From contig WYBT01000044.1 of NCBI GenBank assembly GCA_011525785.1, positions 15,996 to 79,995 of the forward strand: a stretch of DNA of 64,000 nt. The letters run 5' to 3'. The stretch's first letter is position 1. Every line of letters begins with the position of its first letter. Of the stretch, positions 46,501-55,431 are shown piece after piece. This DNA comes from Planctomycetaceae bacterium. GTDB lineage: Bacteria; Planctomycetota; UBA1135; GCA-002686595. The notes beneath the pieces were generated by a model. It did not search any database. It saw only the letters and a list, made by a program, of their open reading frames with translations, and was not told the DNA's origin. The translations under genes were made by a program, and so were the position numbers.

Positions 46501-47676
46501 GCGCGCGCCGCGCACCAACGCGGCGCTCGCACGCTCGCCGAGCGGCAGGCTGACGCCGCGTGCGAGCAGTTGATTGTCGCCGGTGCGCGCGCGCAGCTCC
46601 GCCAGCCACAGCTCGCGAGCGCTGAAGCCGCCCTCGCACGCCAGTTGCTCGATCCTCCAGCCGTCGAAGCAGCCGCGCTGGAGCTCGACCAACGCCCAGC
46701 CGCTGCCCGGGCCGGCGCCGGCGCCGGCGCCGATCCAACGTCCTTCGAGGCTCACGCGACCTTGCAGGCGCGCCGCGAGTTGCCGATCGAAGGGCGTCAG
46801 CGCGCTCTCGCAGTCGAGCTCGCGCAGCTCCACGCGCAGCTCGCTCTGGGCGCCGCGCCGCTCGAGGCTCGCGGCTACGCGGCCCTGCGCGAAGGCGCCT
46901 TGGAGCTGTGCGCGCAGAGTTCCGTCGCCGAGCGCGGCGAGGTCGAGCTGGCCCTCGCCGTCGGAGAACGCCACGTCGCCGCTCGACTCGAGCGCGGTGA
47001 GGCGCAGGAGCCGCTCGCGGAGTTCACCGCACGCGCTCAGCGCCAGCCGCCGCGCAGCGACCGGCCAAGCACCTGCGAGTTCGACCTGCGGCGCGCCCAG
47101 CGCGAAGCTCCCATCGCGCTCCACAGTCAGGTGCACGCCGCTGGCGTCGACGCTGCGTTCGCCATCGACGCGCACTCGCAGCTCGAGTTCGGAGAGCTCC
47201 AGCTGCGGCCATTGCGCGGGCAGCTCGAACGCTCCCGAGCCCGCAGGCCGGTCGTCGGACGGCGCGGCGTCGAGAGCGAGCTCGACGCGCACGCGCTGCG
47301 CCTCGATGCGTTCGAGCGCGCTGGCGCGGCCCAGCACGGCGTCCAGGAACGCGTAGCGCAGGTGCAGGCGCTCGACCTCGATCGACTGCAGCGCTTCGCC
47401 CCCGCGCACCGAGCGCAGGCGCAGCCCGAGCAGCTCGAGTTCGCGCAGGCCGTCGCCGCGCACGCGCTCGAGCTCGAATTCGTAGCCCGCGCGCTGCGCC
47501 AGCGGCCCGGCGACGGCGCGCAGCACATTCGGCGCCCAGCTCTCGCGCGTGAGCCAGACCAGCGCCGCGATCAGCACGAGGGCCAGTCCCGCGCGCAGCG
47601 CCCACTTCAGCGTCCGTTTCAGCACCCGGCGCGGACGCGCTGCGCGCGCGGGCTGAGGCTCGCCCGCCGCACTCAC
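43564..47676 (-). CDS. tamB: Translocation and assembly module subunit TamB (DUF490)
   Basis: 1370 aa. N-terminal TM anchor LALVLIAALVWL, a long beta-rich periplasmic region, and a DUF490-type C-terminus ...DRINYGLRWVVRLK. Confidence 0.8.
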   Translation of the reverse strand: MSAAGEPQPARAARPRRVLKRTLKWALRAGLALVLIAALVWLTRESWAPNVLRAVAGPLAQRAGYEFELERVRGDGLRELELLGLRLRSVRGGEALQSIEVERLHLRYAFLDAVLGRASALERIEAQRVRVELALDAAPSDDRPAGSGAFELPAQWPQLELSELELRVRVDGERSVDASGVHLTVERDGSFALGAPQVELAGAWPVAARRLALSACGELRERLLRLTALESSGDVAFSDGEGQLDLAALGDGTLRAQLQGAFAQGRVAASLERRGAQSELRVELRELDCESALTPFDRQLAARLQGRVSLEGRWIGAGAGAGPGSGWALVELQRGCFDGWRIEQLACEGGFSARELWLAELRARTGDNQLLARGVSLPLGERASAALVRGARGEFELVAHDLPSLLGVDPSAAPPHVLELRGALDEGGVELSAGRLSTTGANFVLERGRVQYGAGEADWLEAAQLDLSSRARVEDFSRVGALFGAPGWRGRAAGAVRLVGARSDLRGELDLVGEDVAFGALELGNVLADASLRRGRLELRRLRARGGLGELELSGAVELDERRFDALLVRAATEDALTLAQTLGLRDVAPYLRPGTVRLSARLDGAWRAPDGRLELVADEALGYGERRFDRAQLALSRTGRRWLVERLELRSQIDQLRARGEVLHEFGQSAALARLEALELLHGDAGLALLEPASLEFSAGRLVISPLTLAGSGGRARLEAQLAPDEMRLSLSAGELDLRALLGPLTPSGLECRTLGGELEVARDGRGWSATADLAAQGARWSEVWPVADVRLRGRADEERLALELLEVQGGQAGFVELSGWARRTAPGELSARTVAANLRGSARALDLALWPWRLLETPVELRGLVDASVDVQSEDGTPSGRLQLQAQQLELAADDTPLRDASAALAGMTALLDARLAGGLLLERFELSAPGRVDVSASGRLGGVAQWLADGGRSALSADEPLALRARWAIDDLRWLAVLTPTLRRIEGALSGDVVVGGSWSAPRADGAWRWERGALRLGVDAPPFERIEARGSVRGARLEVESLSGELGGGPFALRGAVDFSGEGLFDLSLSGRELLVLRSADLRARADAELTLRGPFASPTLSGRVGARDGRWRQRIEWLPSAPAPVVARRGGELPFTIRGSALERLNYDVAIESAGDFVIDTNLGRINLRPDLRLGGRADAPTLEGVVFLDPTRITLPGSTLELQAGTLVFESFAPTTPTIDITATSRVLGYDVTARVSGRSDALERELSSSPPLRSEDISVLLLTGRAPRDLVGNESGIEAAQTVILFLGKDLLSSWTGDDGGSLMERLEWRAGSDATRTGGATAQVSVRLTGSASGTGSATYLRGERDIYDRINYGLRWVVRLK

Positions 47677-48743
47677 TCGTCACCGACGCGGGTCCAACCC
47701 TGCTTGTGCAGCCAGCGCACGATCAGCAGCGCGACCAGCGCCAGCAAGCCCAGCACCGCGAAGTAGCCGTAGCGCCAGCCGAGCTCGGGCATGTGCTCGA
47801 AGTTCATGCCGTACAGCCCGGTGACGAACGAGAGCGGGATGAACACCGCCGTGACCGCCGTCAGCATGCGCATGGTCTGGTTCATGCGCAGGTTCAGCGC
47901 GCCGTGGATCAGCTCGCGCACGTCGGTGCCCAGGTCGCGGTAGTGCGAGGAGAGCTCGACGATGCCCTGCGTGTGGTCGCGCAGGTCGGAGAGGAACGGC
48001 AGCGTCGCGGGCTTGAAATAGGCCCGGCCCTCGTGGCGCAGCGCGGAGACCAGCTCGCGCATCGGGAGCGCCACGCGGATCGCCAGGCGCAAGTCGCGCA
48101 TGAGCTCGTACAGCCGATTCAGCGGCCGCGAAGAGGGTCGCGAGATGGCCTCGGCCTCGACCTCGTCCAGGCACGCGCCGAGGCGTTCGAGGAAGGGCGT
48201 GTAGGTGTCGACCACGCTGTCGAGCACGCGGTAGGCGAGGAAATCGACGCCGTGGCGGCGCGTGAAGCTCTCGGGGTCTTCCAGGCGCTTGCGCAGCGGC
48301 GCGAGCACGTGCAGCGGCTCGTCGAGAAACGTGATCAGCACGTTGCCGCGCAGGAACAGCGAGAGCTGCTCGAGCTCGGAGGGATTGCCGAGTTTGACCG
48401 CCTTGGCGACCACGAACAGCCCCGACTCGTACAGCTCGACCTTGGGCTGCGAGCTGTTGCTGACCACGTCCTCGAGGGCCAGCCGCGGCGCCTGGAAGTG
48501 CGTCTCGAGCACCTCGAACAGCGCGGGATCGCCGAAGCCCTCGAGCTCGATCCAGGTCACGCGCTCGGCGTTCGCGAACTGCGCCAGCTCGCGCGCCGAC
48601 GAGCACACGCGCGACTCGCAGCGCTGCAGGTCGTAGGTCGTCACGCGCAGCGTCGGACGCAGCGCCTCGGCCGGGATCGCGAGCGTGCCCGGCGCCGCGC
48701 CGGGGTTGGAAGGCAGTCCGTGACGTCGTTTGCGGCGGGCCAT
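47673..48743 (-). CDS. corA: Magnesium/cobalt transporter
   Basis: C-terminal ...AVFIPLSFVTGLYGMNFEHMPEL... contains the GMN signature and two TM helices. ATG (MARRKRR) at 48741-48743; the alternative start is at 48782. Its stop overlaps the tamB start (ATGA). Confidence 0.8.
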   Translation of the reverse strand: MARRKRRHGLPSNPGAAPGTLAIPAEALRPTLRVTTYDLQRCESRVCSSARELAQFANAERVTWIELEGFGDPALFEVLETHFQAPRLALEDVVSNSSQPKVELYESGLFVVAKAVKLGNPSELEQLSLFLRGNVLITFLDEPLHVLAPLRKRLEDPESFTRRHGVDFLAYRVLDSVVDTYTPFLERLGACLDEVEAEAISRPSSRPLNRLYELMRDLRLAIRVALPMRELVSALRHEGRAYFKPATLPFLSDLRDHTQGIVELSSHYRDLGTDVRELIHGALNLRMNQTMRMLTAVTAVFIPLSFVTGLYGMNFEHMPELGWRYGYFAVLGLLALVALLIVRWLHKQGWTRVGDE

Positions 48744-48825
48744 GCGAGCGATCGATGGTACGCAGCCGCGAGCACGCGTCACAACAGCGCCCGGCGCCGC
48801 TCGCGCGCTATCGTCAGCGCGTCCG

Positions 48826-49518
48826 ATGCTGCCCCTGCGCGACGATCAACCCAGCCGCACACGCCCGCTGATCACGCTGGCGCTGATCGCCTTCAACGTG
48901 GCGGTGTTCGTCTACCAGCTCGGGCTCGACGAGCTCCAGACCGAGCGGCTGCTCGAGCACACTGCGCTCCTGCCCGCGCGCCTGGTCGACGCGGCGACGC
49001 ACGGGGCGCGGCTCGAGGCGCTCGAAGCGGCTTCGACACTGGTCACCAGCCAGTTCCTGCACGGCGGCGTGATGCACCTGGTGCTCAACCTGTGGGCCCT
49101 GTGGATCTTCGGCGACAACGTCGAGGATCGCCTCGGTCCGCTGCGCTATCTCGTGTTCTACGTGGCCTGCGGCGCCGCAGCGGGCCTCGCGCACGTCCTC
49201 GCCAGCCCGCAGTCGCTGGTCCCCACCGTCGGGGCCTCCGGCGCGATCAGCGGCGTGATGGGCGCCTACATCGTGTTCTACCCGCGCGCGCGCGTCGTCA
49301 CGCTCGTCCCGGTGCTGTTCTACCCGCTGTTCTTCAACCTGCCGGCAGTGCTCTACCTGGGGCTGTGGTTCGCGCTGCAGGTGCTGAGCGGACTGGCGGA
49401 GAGCTCGGGCTCGGAGAGCGGCGGCGTGGCGTGGTGGGCGCACATCGGCGGCTTCGTGGCGGGCCTGGGGCTCGTGGCCGTGATGGGCCGGCGCAAGCGG
49501 CGCGGGCCGAGCGATTAG
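48826..49518 (+). CDS. Rhomboid family intramembrane serine protease
   Basis: GASGAISGVMGAY (GxSG catalytic Ser), a downstream H in AHIGGFVAGL, and 6 TM segments. ATG at 48826; the longer ORF start at 48730 would overlap corA. Confidence 0.75.
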   Translation: MLPLRDDQPSRTRPLITLALIAFNVAVFVYQLGLDELQTERLLEHTALLPARLVDAATHGARLEALEAASTLVTSQFLHGGVMHLVLNLWALWIFGDNVEDRLGPLRYLVFYVACGAAAGLAHVLASPQSLVPTVGASGAISGVMGAYIVFYPRARVVTLVPVLFYPLFFNLPAVLYLGLWFALQVLSGLAESSGSESGGVAWWAHIGGFVAGLGLVAVMGRRKRRGPSD

Positions 49519-50027
49519 CGAGTGCGAATCCGCGCGTAGATCCACGCCGCGAGCGGCAGGGCGAGCGCCCACAACACGCCGACGCCGATCAGCGACTGCA
49601 CGCGTGGCGCGAGCACCGTGAGCGAGCCCAGTCGCTCGCCGCCCAGATACGACAGCGGCGCGCCGAACAGCGCGAAGCCCGCGTTGAGCCACGGACGCGA
49701 GGTGATCCAGGCCAGCGACGATTGGAACGTGCTCGCGAACACGATCCACAGCGCCAGGATCCACGCCGGCGCGAGCAGCGGGGCGAGCTGCGTTCCGCGG
49801 AACTCGAGCCAGCCCAGTCCGAGCTCGACCGCGCCGACGAGCGCGCCCAGCAGACCGACTGCGACGAGTGCGAGCGCTTCGCTGGAGCGCCGCGGCGCAC
49901 AGCGCACGGCGTAGACGCTCCACAGCGCCACGGCGAGCGGCCCGAGCCACTCGAAGCCGTGCGCCGCGCCGAGCACGCAGGCGAACCAGCAGGCCTGGAA
50001 GCCGATGAAGTTGACCAGCTTGCTCAT
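49515..50027 (-). CDS. DUF2878-family small membrane protein
   Basis: 170 aa with 4-5 TM segments. Lies immediately downstream of cfa, as is typical of DUF2878. ATG at 50025-50027. Confidence 0.55.
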   Translation of the reverse strand: MSKLVNFIGFQACWFACVLGAAHGFEWLGPLAVALWSVYAVRCAPRRSSEALALVAVGLLGALVGAVELGLGWLEFRGTQLAPLLAPAWILALWIVFASTFQSSLAWITSRPWLNAGFALFGAPLSYLGGERLGSLTVLAPRVQSLIGVGVLWALALPLAAWIYARIRTR

Positions 50028-50056
50028 CGGCTCGAGAGCGCGCGCGCTCGCGCTCG

Positions 50057-51367
50057 CTACAGCACGCCCACCAGCGGCGCGCGGCGCGCCAGCGGCTTCT
50101 GGAACAGCAGCTGCGACACGCCGATCGAGCGCTCCGCGAAGCCGCCTTCGCAGTAGCACAGGTAGAACTCCCACAGACGCACGAATTCGTCGGAGAAGCC
50201 TTGCGCCTTGACCTGTTCGAGGTTGGCGAAGAAGCGCCGGCGCCACTCGGCCAGCGTGCGCACGTAGTGCGGCCCGATGTCCTCGAGGTGGAACAGCGTC
50301 ATGTCGGTGAGCCGCGCGACGCGCTCGAGCATGGCCGCGGTCGACGGAATGCACGAGCCGGGGAACACGTAGCGCTGGATGAAGTCGACGCCTTGCAGCG
50401 CCTGCGCGTAGAAGTGGTCGCGAATCGTGATCGCCTGCAGCAGCATCAGGCCGTGCGGCGCGAGCAGCGTGCTGCACTTTGCGAAGTACGCGTCGAACCA
50501 GCGCTCGCCGACGGCTTCGATCATCTCGATCGAGACGAGCTTGTCGTAGCGGCCCTGCAGGTCGCGGTAGTCCTGCATCACGACGTTGACGCGGCCCTCG
50601 AGCCCCGCGGCGCGCACGCGCTCGACGGCGAGGTCGCGCTGCTCCTTGGAGATGGTCGTGGTCGTCACGCGGCAGCCGTACTCGCGTGCGGCGTGCAGCG
50701 CCATCGCGCCCCAGCCCGTGCCGATCTCGAGCAGGTGATCGGTCGGCTGCAGCTCGAGCTTGCGGCAGATCAGCTCGAGCCGGCCGCGCTGCGCGTCTTC
50801 GAGCGTCTGCTCGGGCGCATCGAAGATCGCGCACGAGTACATCAGCGAGCGGTCGAGGAACAGCTTGTAGAACTCGTTCCCCAGGTCGTAGTGCGCGGCG
50901 ATGTTGGCGCGCGAGCCGTCGCGCGTGTTGTCGCGCCGCGCGTGCCACCAGCGCAGCGCCGCGCCGCCCAGGCGCGCCACGCCCTGCTCCATCGAGTTCA
51001 GCACCTCACGGTTGCGCACCAGGATGCGCACCAGGCCCACGAGGTCGTCGCAGCTCCAGGCGCCGTCGATGTATGCGCCGCCGGCGCCGACGCTGCCCTT
51101 GGCGGCGAGGTCGAGGTACAGGCGCGGGTCGCGCACCACGAGCTCGACCGCGGGCTCGCCAGCGCGTTTGGCGCCGAACCGCTCGACTCCGAGCGCGTCG
51201 CGCAGCGTCACGGCGCCCCACTGGATGCCGCGCAGCCGCTCGACCAAGCCCTTGCGCGCAGCGCGCTCGAGCACCGCGGGCGCGCGCGGCGTCTGGCTGG
51301 CGCGCGCGGCGGACGCGAATTCGTCGTGGATCAGCGCGGGACGCGGGCGTGCGGTGTTCGAGCTCAT
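50057..51367 (-). CDS. cfa: Cyclopropane-fatty-acyl-phospholipid synthase family SAM-dependent methyltransferase (UfaM/Cfa-like)
   Basis: HYDLGNEFYKLFLDRSLMYSCAIF...LLEIGTGWGAMALHAAREYGCRVTTTTIS...YCEGGF. Full-length Cfa architecture. ATG at 51365-51367. Confidence 0.85.
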   Translation of the reverse strand: MSSNTARPRPALIHDEFASAARASQTPRAPAVLERAARKGLVERLRGIQWGAVTLRDALGVERFGAKRAGEPAVELVVRDPRLYLDLAAKGSVGAGGAYIDGAWSCDDLVGLVRILVRNREVLNSMEQGVARLGGAALRWWHARRDNTRDGSRANIAAHYDLGNEFYKLFLDRSLMYSCAIFDAPEQTLEDAQRGRLELICRKLELQPTDHLLEIGTGWGAMALHAAREYGCRVTTTTISKEQRDLAVERVRAAGLEGRVNVVMQDYRDLQGRYDKLVSIEMIEAVGERWFDAYFAKCSTLLAPHGLMLLQAITIRDHFYAQALQGVDFIQRYVFPGSCIPSTAAMLERVARLTDMTLFHLEDIGPHYVRTLAEWRRRFFANLEQVKAQGFSDEFVRLWEFYLCYCEGGFAERSIGVSQLLFQKPLARRAPLVGVL

Positions 51368-52149
51368 GCGGAGGCTCCAGTCGAGAGCGACTTGTGCTTG
51401 GGGTGTTCGAAGAAGGGCGCGCCGGCGAGCTTGAGGCGCAGCGCCTGCCAGTAGATGGCCGCGACCGTGCGCAGCGAGAAGCCGGGGAAGGCCAGCAGCG
51501 CGTGGGCGAGGCTGCGGCCGTCGAGCGGGCGGCGCTCGAGCTGCATGCGCGCCTCGAACAGCTTCGCTCCGCGCTCGTAGGTCTCCATGCGCACGCGGGT
51601 CTCGCGTCCGTCGTCGGCGAAGGCCCACACGTAGCGCTGCTCCATGTCCATGAAGGGCGAGATGTGGAAGCGCTTGTCGAAGCGCGCGACGACCTCGCCG
51701 CCCTCGCGCTTGCGCGCGTCGAGCACGTAGCTGTGGCGCTCGTTCCAGGGCGTGTTCGTGATCTCGGCGACGATCGCGTCGAGTTCGTCGGCGCCGTCGT
51801 AGACGAAGTAGAAGCTGACCGGGTTGAGCACGTAGCCGAGCATGCGCGGCTGCGTCATGAGTTCGACGCGGCCCGCGGGCCTGCGGCCCAGTTCGCTCGC
51901 CACGCGTTCGCGCACTGCGTCGGCGAGCGACACGCGCGCGTCGCCCAGGTAGTCGCTGCGCCGAAAGCTGGCGACGTTGGCGCGCTCGTGCGACCACAGC
52001 CAGCGGCCGGCGAACACGCGCTCGAGTTCATCGAGGTCCAGGCGCAGCACGAAGTGCCGGTAGGTGAACTCGTGCACGATCGGCAGCGCGCGCCGGTGCG
52101 TGACGCGGCCGAAGCACACGCCGCTGCGCAGTGCGTTGGAGCGGCTCAC
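51364..52149 (-). CDS. DUF1365-family protein (UfaO-like)
   Basis: GRVTHRRALPIVHEFTYRHFVLRLDLDEL matches the DUF1365 N-terminal consensus. GTG start overlapping the upstream stop (GTGA). Confidence 0.65.
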   Translation of the reverse strand: MSRSNALRSGVCFGRVTHRRALPIVHEFTYRHFVLRLDLDELERVFAGRWLWSHERANVASFRRSDYLGDARVSLADAVRERVASELGRRPAGRVELMTQPRMLGYVLNPVSFYFVYDGADELDAIVAEITNTPWNERHSYVLDARKREGGEVVARFDKRFHISPFMDMEQRYVWAFADDGRETRVRMETYERGAKLFEARMQLERRPLDGRSLAHALLAFPGFSLRTVAAIYWQALRLKLAGAPFFEHPKHKSLSTGASA

Positions 52150-53420
52150 CGCGCGAGCGCCTCCTGCGGCGCCCTCAGCAGTCCCTCCGCGACGACTGCG
52201 CCGCTCTTGGCGCCGTCCTCGTGGAAGCCGTAGGTCCAATACGCGCCGCAGTACCAGGTGCGCCGCACGCCGCTGATCTCGCTGCGCCGCGTCTGCGCGA
52301 CGATCGACTCGCGCGTGTACTGCGGGTGGTGGTAGGTGATGCGCTTGATGAGCTTCGCCGGATCGACCGCGTGCGTGCGGTTGAGCGTCACGCAGATCTG
52401 CTGCGGGCAGTCGAGCGCCTGGAGCTTGTTCATCCAGTACGTCACGGCCACGGGCCCGGGCTGGATCGGCTCCTCGGGCTTGACCAGGTGGTAGTTCCAG
52501 CTCGCCCAGCACTTGCGCAGCCGCGGCAGCAGCCGCTCGTCGGTGTGCAGCGCGGCCTCGTTCTCCTGGTAGCGGATCGCGCCCAGGATCTCGCGCTCCT
52601 GCGGGGAGGGATCGGCGAGCAGGCGCAGCGCCTGATCGGAGTGCGTCGCGATCACGACCTGGTCGAAGCTGCGCACCTCGCCGCCCGGCAGCGTGAGCTC
52701 GACGCGGTCGGAGAAGCGCCGCACGCGCTGCACCGGCGTGCGCAGGTGGATGCGGCCCTTGAGCGGCGCGGTGAGCGCCTCGACGTAGCTCTTCGAGCCG
52801 CCCACGACCGTCAGCCACTGCGGCCGGCCGTCGACCTGCAGCATGCCGTGGTTGTGGAAGAAGTCGGCGAAGAAGCGCGCCGGGAAGGCGTGCATGTCGC
52901 TCTCGCCCGCCGACCAGATGGCCGCGCCCATCGGCACGGCGTAGTTCTGGATGAAGCTCTTGGAGTAGCGCTTGTGCGCGAGCCACTCGCCCAGCGACCA
53001 GCGTCCCTCGCGGTCTTCGAGCAGCTCCAGCGCCTCTTTGTTGAAGCGCAGGATGTCGCGCACCATCGCCAGGAAGCTCGGCCGCAGCAGGTTCGAGCGC
53101 TGCGCGAAGAGCGTGTCGAGGTTGCGGCCGTTCCACTCCAGACCCGTGCGCTCGCAACGCACGCTGAAGCCCATGTCGCTGTCCTGGGCGCGGACGCCGA
53201 GCTCCTCGAGCAGCTTGCAGAAGGTCGGGTAGGTCTTGCGGTTGAAGACGATGAAGCCCGTGTCGACCGCCAGGCGCCGGCCCGCGACTTCCACCTCGTG
53301 CGTGTGCACGTGGCCGCCGATGTGCGCGCCGGCCTCGAACAGCGTCAACTCGTGCTCGCGGCGCAGCTGGTGCGCGGCGACGAGACCGGAGACGCCCGTC
53401 CCGATGATCGCGATGCGCAT
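52146..53420 (-). CDS. FAD/NAD(P)-binding amine-oxidase-like oxidoreductase (UfaD-like)
   Basis: MRIAIIGTGVSGLVAAHQL is a dinucleotide-binding GxGxxG motif. 424 aa. Flavin amine oxidase family. Confidence 0.8.
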   Translation of the reverse strand: MRIAIIGTGVSGLVAAHQLRREHELTLFEAGAHIGGHVHTHEVEVAGRRLAVDTGFIVFNRKTYPTFCKLLEELGVRAQDSDMGFSVRCERTGLEWNGRNLDTLFAQRSNLLRPSFLAMVRDILRFNKEALELLEDREGRWSLGEWLAHKRYSKSFIQNYAVPMGAAIWSAGESDMHAFPARFFADFFHNHGMLQVDGRPQWLTVVGGSKSYVEALTAPLKGRIHLRTPVQRVRRFSDRVELTLPGGEVRSFDQVVIATHSDQALRLLADPSPQEREILGAIRYQENEAALHTDERLLPRLRKCWASWNYHLVKPEEPIQPGPVAVTYWMNKLQALDCPQQICVTLNRTHAVDPAKLIKRITYHHPQYTRESIVAQTRRSEISGVRRTWYCGAYWTYGFHEDGAKSGAVVAEGLLRAPQEALAR

Positions 53421-53423
53421 CGC

Positions 53424-54368
53424 TCAGCGCTCCTCGCGGCCTGCATTCCGTCCCAGCTCGAGCACGTGCGCCGGCACCGGCCGCAGATCCCACACTAGCC
53501 CGAGCTTCTCGAGCAGGCGCAGCGCGTAGTAGGAAGGATCGATCTGCCAGCGCGTGAAGCCCTGGCGCGCCGCGCCGGGGAAGTAGTGGTGGTTGTTGTG
53601 CCAACCTTCGCCGAGCGTGAGCAGCGCGAGCCACACGTTGTTGCGGCTGGTGTCGCGCGTCGGGTAGACGCGCTTGCCCCACACGTGCGCCAGCGAGTTG
53701 ATCGTGAAGGTCGCGTGGAACAGCACCAGCGTCGAGATCACGCCGCCCCACACGACGAGCTGCCAGCCGCTCGTTGCGAGGCCCGGCGCGACGCTCTCGA
53801 GCAGTGCTCCCAGGCCGTACAACGCCGCGAAGAAGGCAAGCGGCGTGAGGATGTCGAAGCGATCGATGAAGCGCAGCTCGGGAAAGCGCGCGAGGTCTTT
53901 GACGTTCTCCAGGCGCGTGGCGAAGTTCTCGCGCGCCGTGATCCAGCCCACGTGGCTCCACCAAAAACCGCGCGTGAGCGGCGAGTGCGGGTCCTCGTCG
54001 GTGTCGGAGCTGCGGTGGTGATCGCGGTGGTGCGCCGCCCACCACAGGGGGCCGCGCTGCACGCTCGTGGCGCCGAGCAGCGCGAAAATGAACTGCGCGG
54101 CGCGGCTGGTCTTGAAGGCGCGGTGCGAGAAGTAGCGGTGGTAGAAGGCCGTGATCGCGAACATGCGCACGAAGTACAGCGCGAGCGCGACGCCGAGCGC
54201 GGTCCAGCTCCAGCCCACCCACACGACCGCCACGGCCGCGAGGTGCAGCGAAACGAAGGGCACTACGCGCGGCCAGTCGACACGCTGCTCCGCGACGGGA
54301 GTACGAAGCGCGCGCAGCTCGTCCATGCCCGCCCAGGAATCGAACCAGCGCGCAACGCTCGTCGCCAT
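53424..54368 (-). CDS. Membrane fatty-acid (acyl-lipid / acyl-CoA) desaturase
   Basis: Three histidine boxes (HRYFSH, HRDHH, HNNHHYF) and 4 TM helices. ATG (MATSVARWF) at 54366-54368; the alternative MDELRAL start is 42 nt downstream. Confidence 0.75.
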   Translation of the reverse strand: MATSVARWFDSWAGMDELRALRTPVAEQRVDWPRVVPFVSLHLAAVAVVWVGWSWTALGVALALYFVRMFAITAFYHRYFSHRAFKTSRAAQFIFALLGATSVQRGPLWWAAHHRDHHRSSDTDEDPHSPLTRGFWWSHVGWITARENFATRLENVKDLARFPELRFIDRFDILTPLAFFAALYGLGALLESVAPGLATSGWQLVVWGGVISTLVLFHATFTINSLAHVWGKRVYPTRDTSRNNVWLALLTLGEGWHNNHHYFPGAARQGFTRWQIDPSYYALRLLEKLGLVWDLRPVPAHVLELGRNAGREER

Positions 54369-54400
54369 GCGCCCTGAGGCGCGCTTTGCGCTGGCGCCGC

Positions 54401-55426
54401 TCACGCGTTCACCGCCCCCGAGTGCGCGAAGCGGTAGTGCGACACGATCCACTCCGTGCCGCCGCGGTAGTTCCACAGCTCGGCGCAGGCCATGAAGAAC
54501 ACGCGCCAGTTCTCGAGCCAGGCCTTCTCGCGTCCCTGGCCGTAGGTCTGCGCCAGGATCTCCAGCGCGCGGGCGCGATTGCGGTCGAGGTTCTCGAGCC
54601 AGTGCTCCGCGGTCTGGCCGTAGTGCTCGCCGCTCACGCGCCAGTCCTGCTCGAGCGCGAGTTCGCGGAAGCAGCGCGGCATCAGGTCGTGACTGGGCAT
54701 CATGCCGCCGGTGAAGAAGTTGCGGCCCAGCCAGTTGTCCTCGCCCTCGACTTCGAACGGGTAGGCGTGCTTGACGTGCGTGAACACGTGCACGAACAGC
54801 TTGCCCTGCGGCGCGAGCCAGCGCGCCAGCCGCCGGCCGAGCTCTTCCCAGTTGCGCAGGTGCTCGAACATCTCGACCGACACGATGCGCTCGAAGCGCT
54901 CGTTCAGCTCGAGCTGGTTGACGTCGCAGGTGCGCACCTCGAGGTTCGACAGGCCGCGCTCACGGCACTGCGCCTCGATCCACTCGCGTTGCGTGCGCGA
55001 GTTGGAGATCGCGAGGATGCGCGAACGCGGGTAGCGCTCGGCCATCCACAGGCTCAAGCTGCCCCAGCCGCAGCCCAGTTCGAGCACGCGCTGGCCGTCG
55101 GTGAGTTGCGCGCGCTCGCCGTACAGCGCGAGCATCGACTCCTCGGCCTGGTCGAGCGTGCGCACGCCGTCCGCGTAGTAGGCCGACGAGTACTTCAGCC
55201 GCTTGCCCAGGCACAGTCGGTAGAACTCGGTCGGAACCTCGTAGTGCTGCTCGTTCGCCTCGCGCGTGTTCACCGCGAGCGGACTCGCGCGCATCGCCGC
55301 GACGAACTCTTCATGCCCGCCCTTGGCCGCTTCCTCGCGCAGGCGTTGCGCGAGCAGGCGGCGAATCCCCAGTCGCAAGGCGAAGTCGGGCGCCAGGCCC
55401 GACTCGATCACGGTCTGCAGTGCCAT
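54401..55426 (-). CDS. Second CFA-synthase-family SAM-dependent methyltransferase (short, mycolic-acid-cyclopropane-synthase-like)
   Basis: HYEVPTEFYRLCLGKRLKYSSAYY...VLELGCGWGSLSLWMAERYPRSRILAISNS...VEMFEH. 341 aa. ATG at 55424-55426. Confidence 0.8.
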   Translation of the reverse strand: MALQTVIESGLAPDFALRLGIRRLLAQRLREEAAKGGHEEFVAAMRASPLAVNTREANEQHYEVPTEFYRLCLGKRLKYSSAYYADGVRTLDQAEESMLALYGERAQLTDGQRVLELGCGWGSLSLWMAERYPRSRILAISNSRTQREWIEAQCRERGLSNLEVRTCDVNQLELNERFERIVSVEMFEHLRNWEELGRRLARWLAPQGKLFVHVFTHVKHAYPFEVEGEDNWLGRNFFTGGMMPSHDLMPRCFRELALEQDWRVSGEHYGQTAEHWLENLDRNRARALEILAQTYGQGREKAWLENWRVFFMACAELWNYRGGTEWIVSHYRFAHSGAVNA

Positions 55427-55431
55427 TGGTT

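Noticed and set aside
45247-47766. 839-aa plus-strand ORF opposite tamB
   Set aside because: Antisense to the DUF490 TamB gene. Composition artefact.
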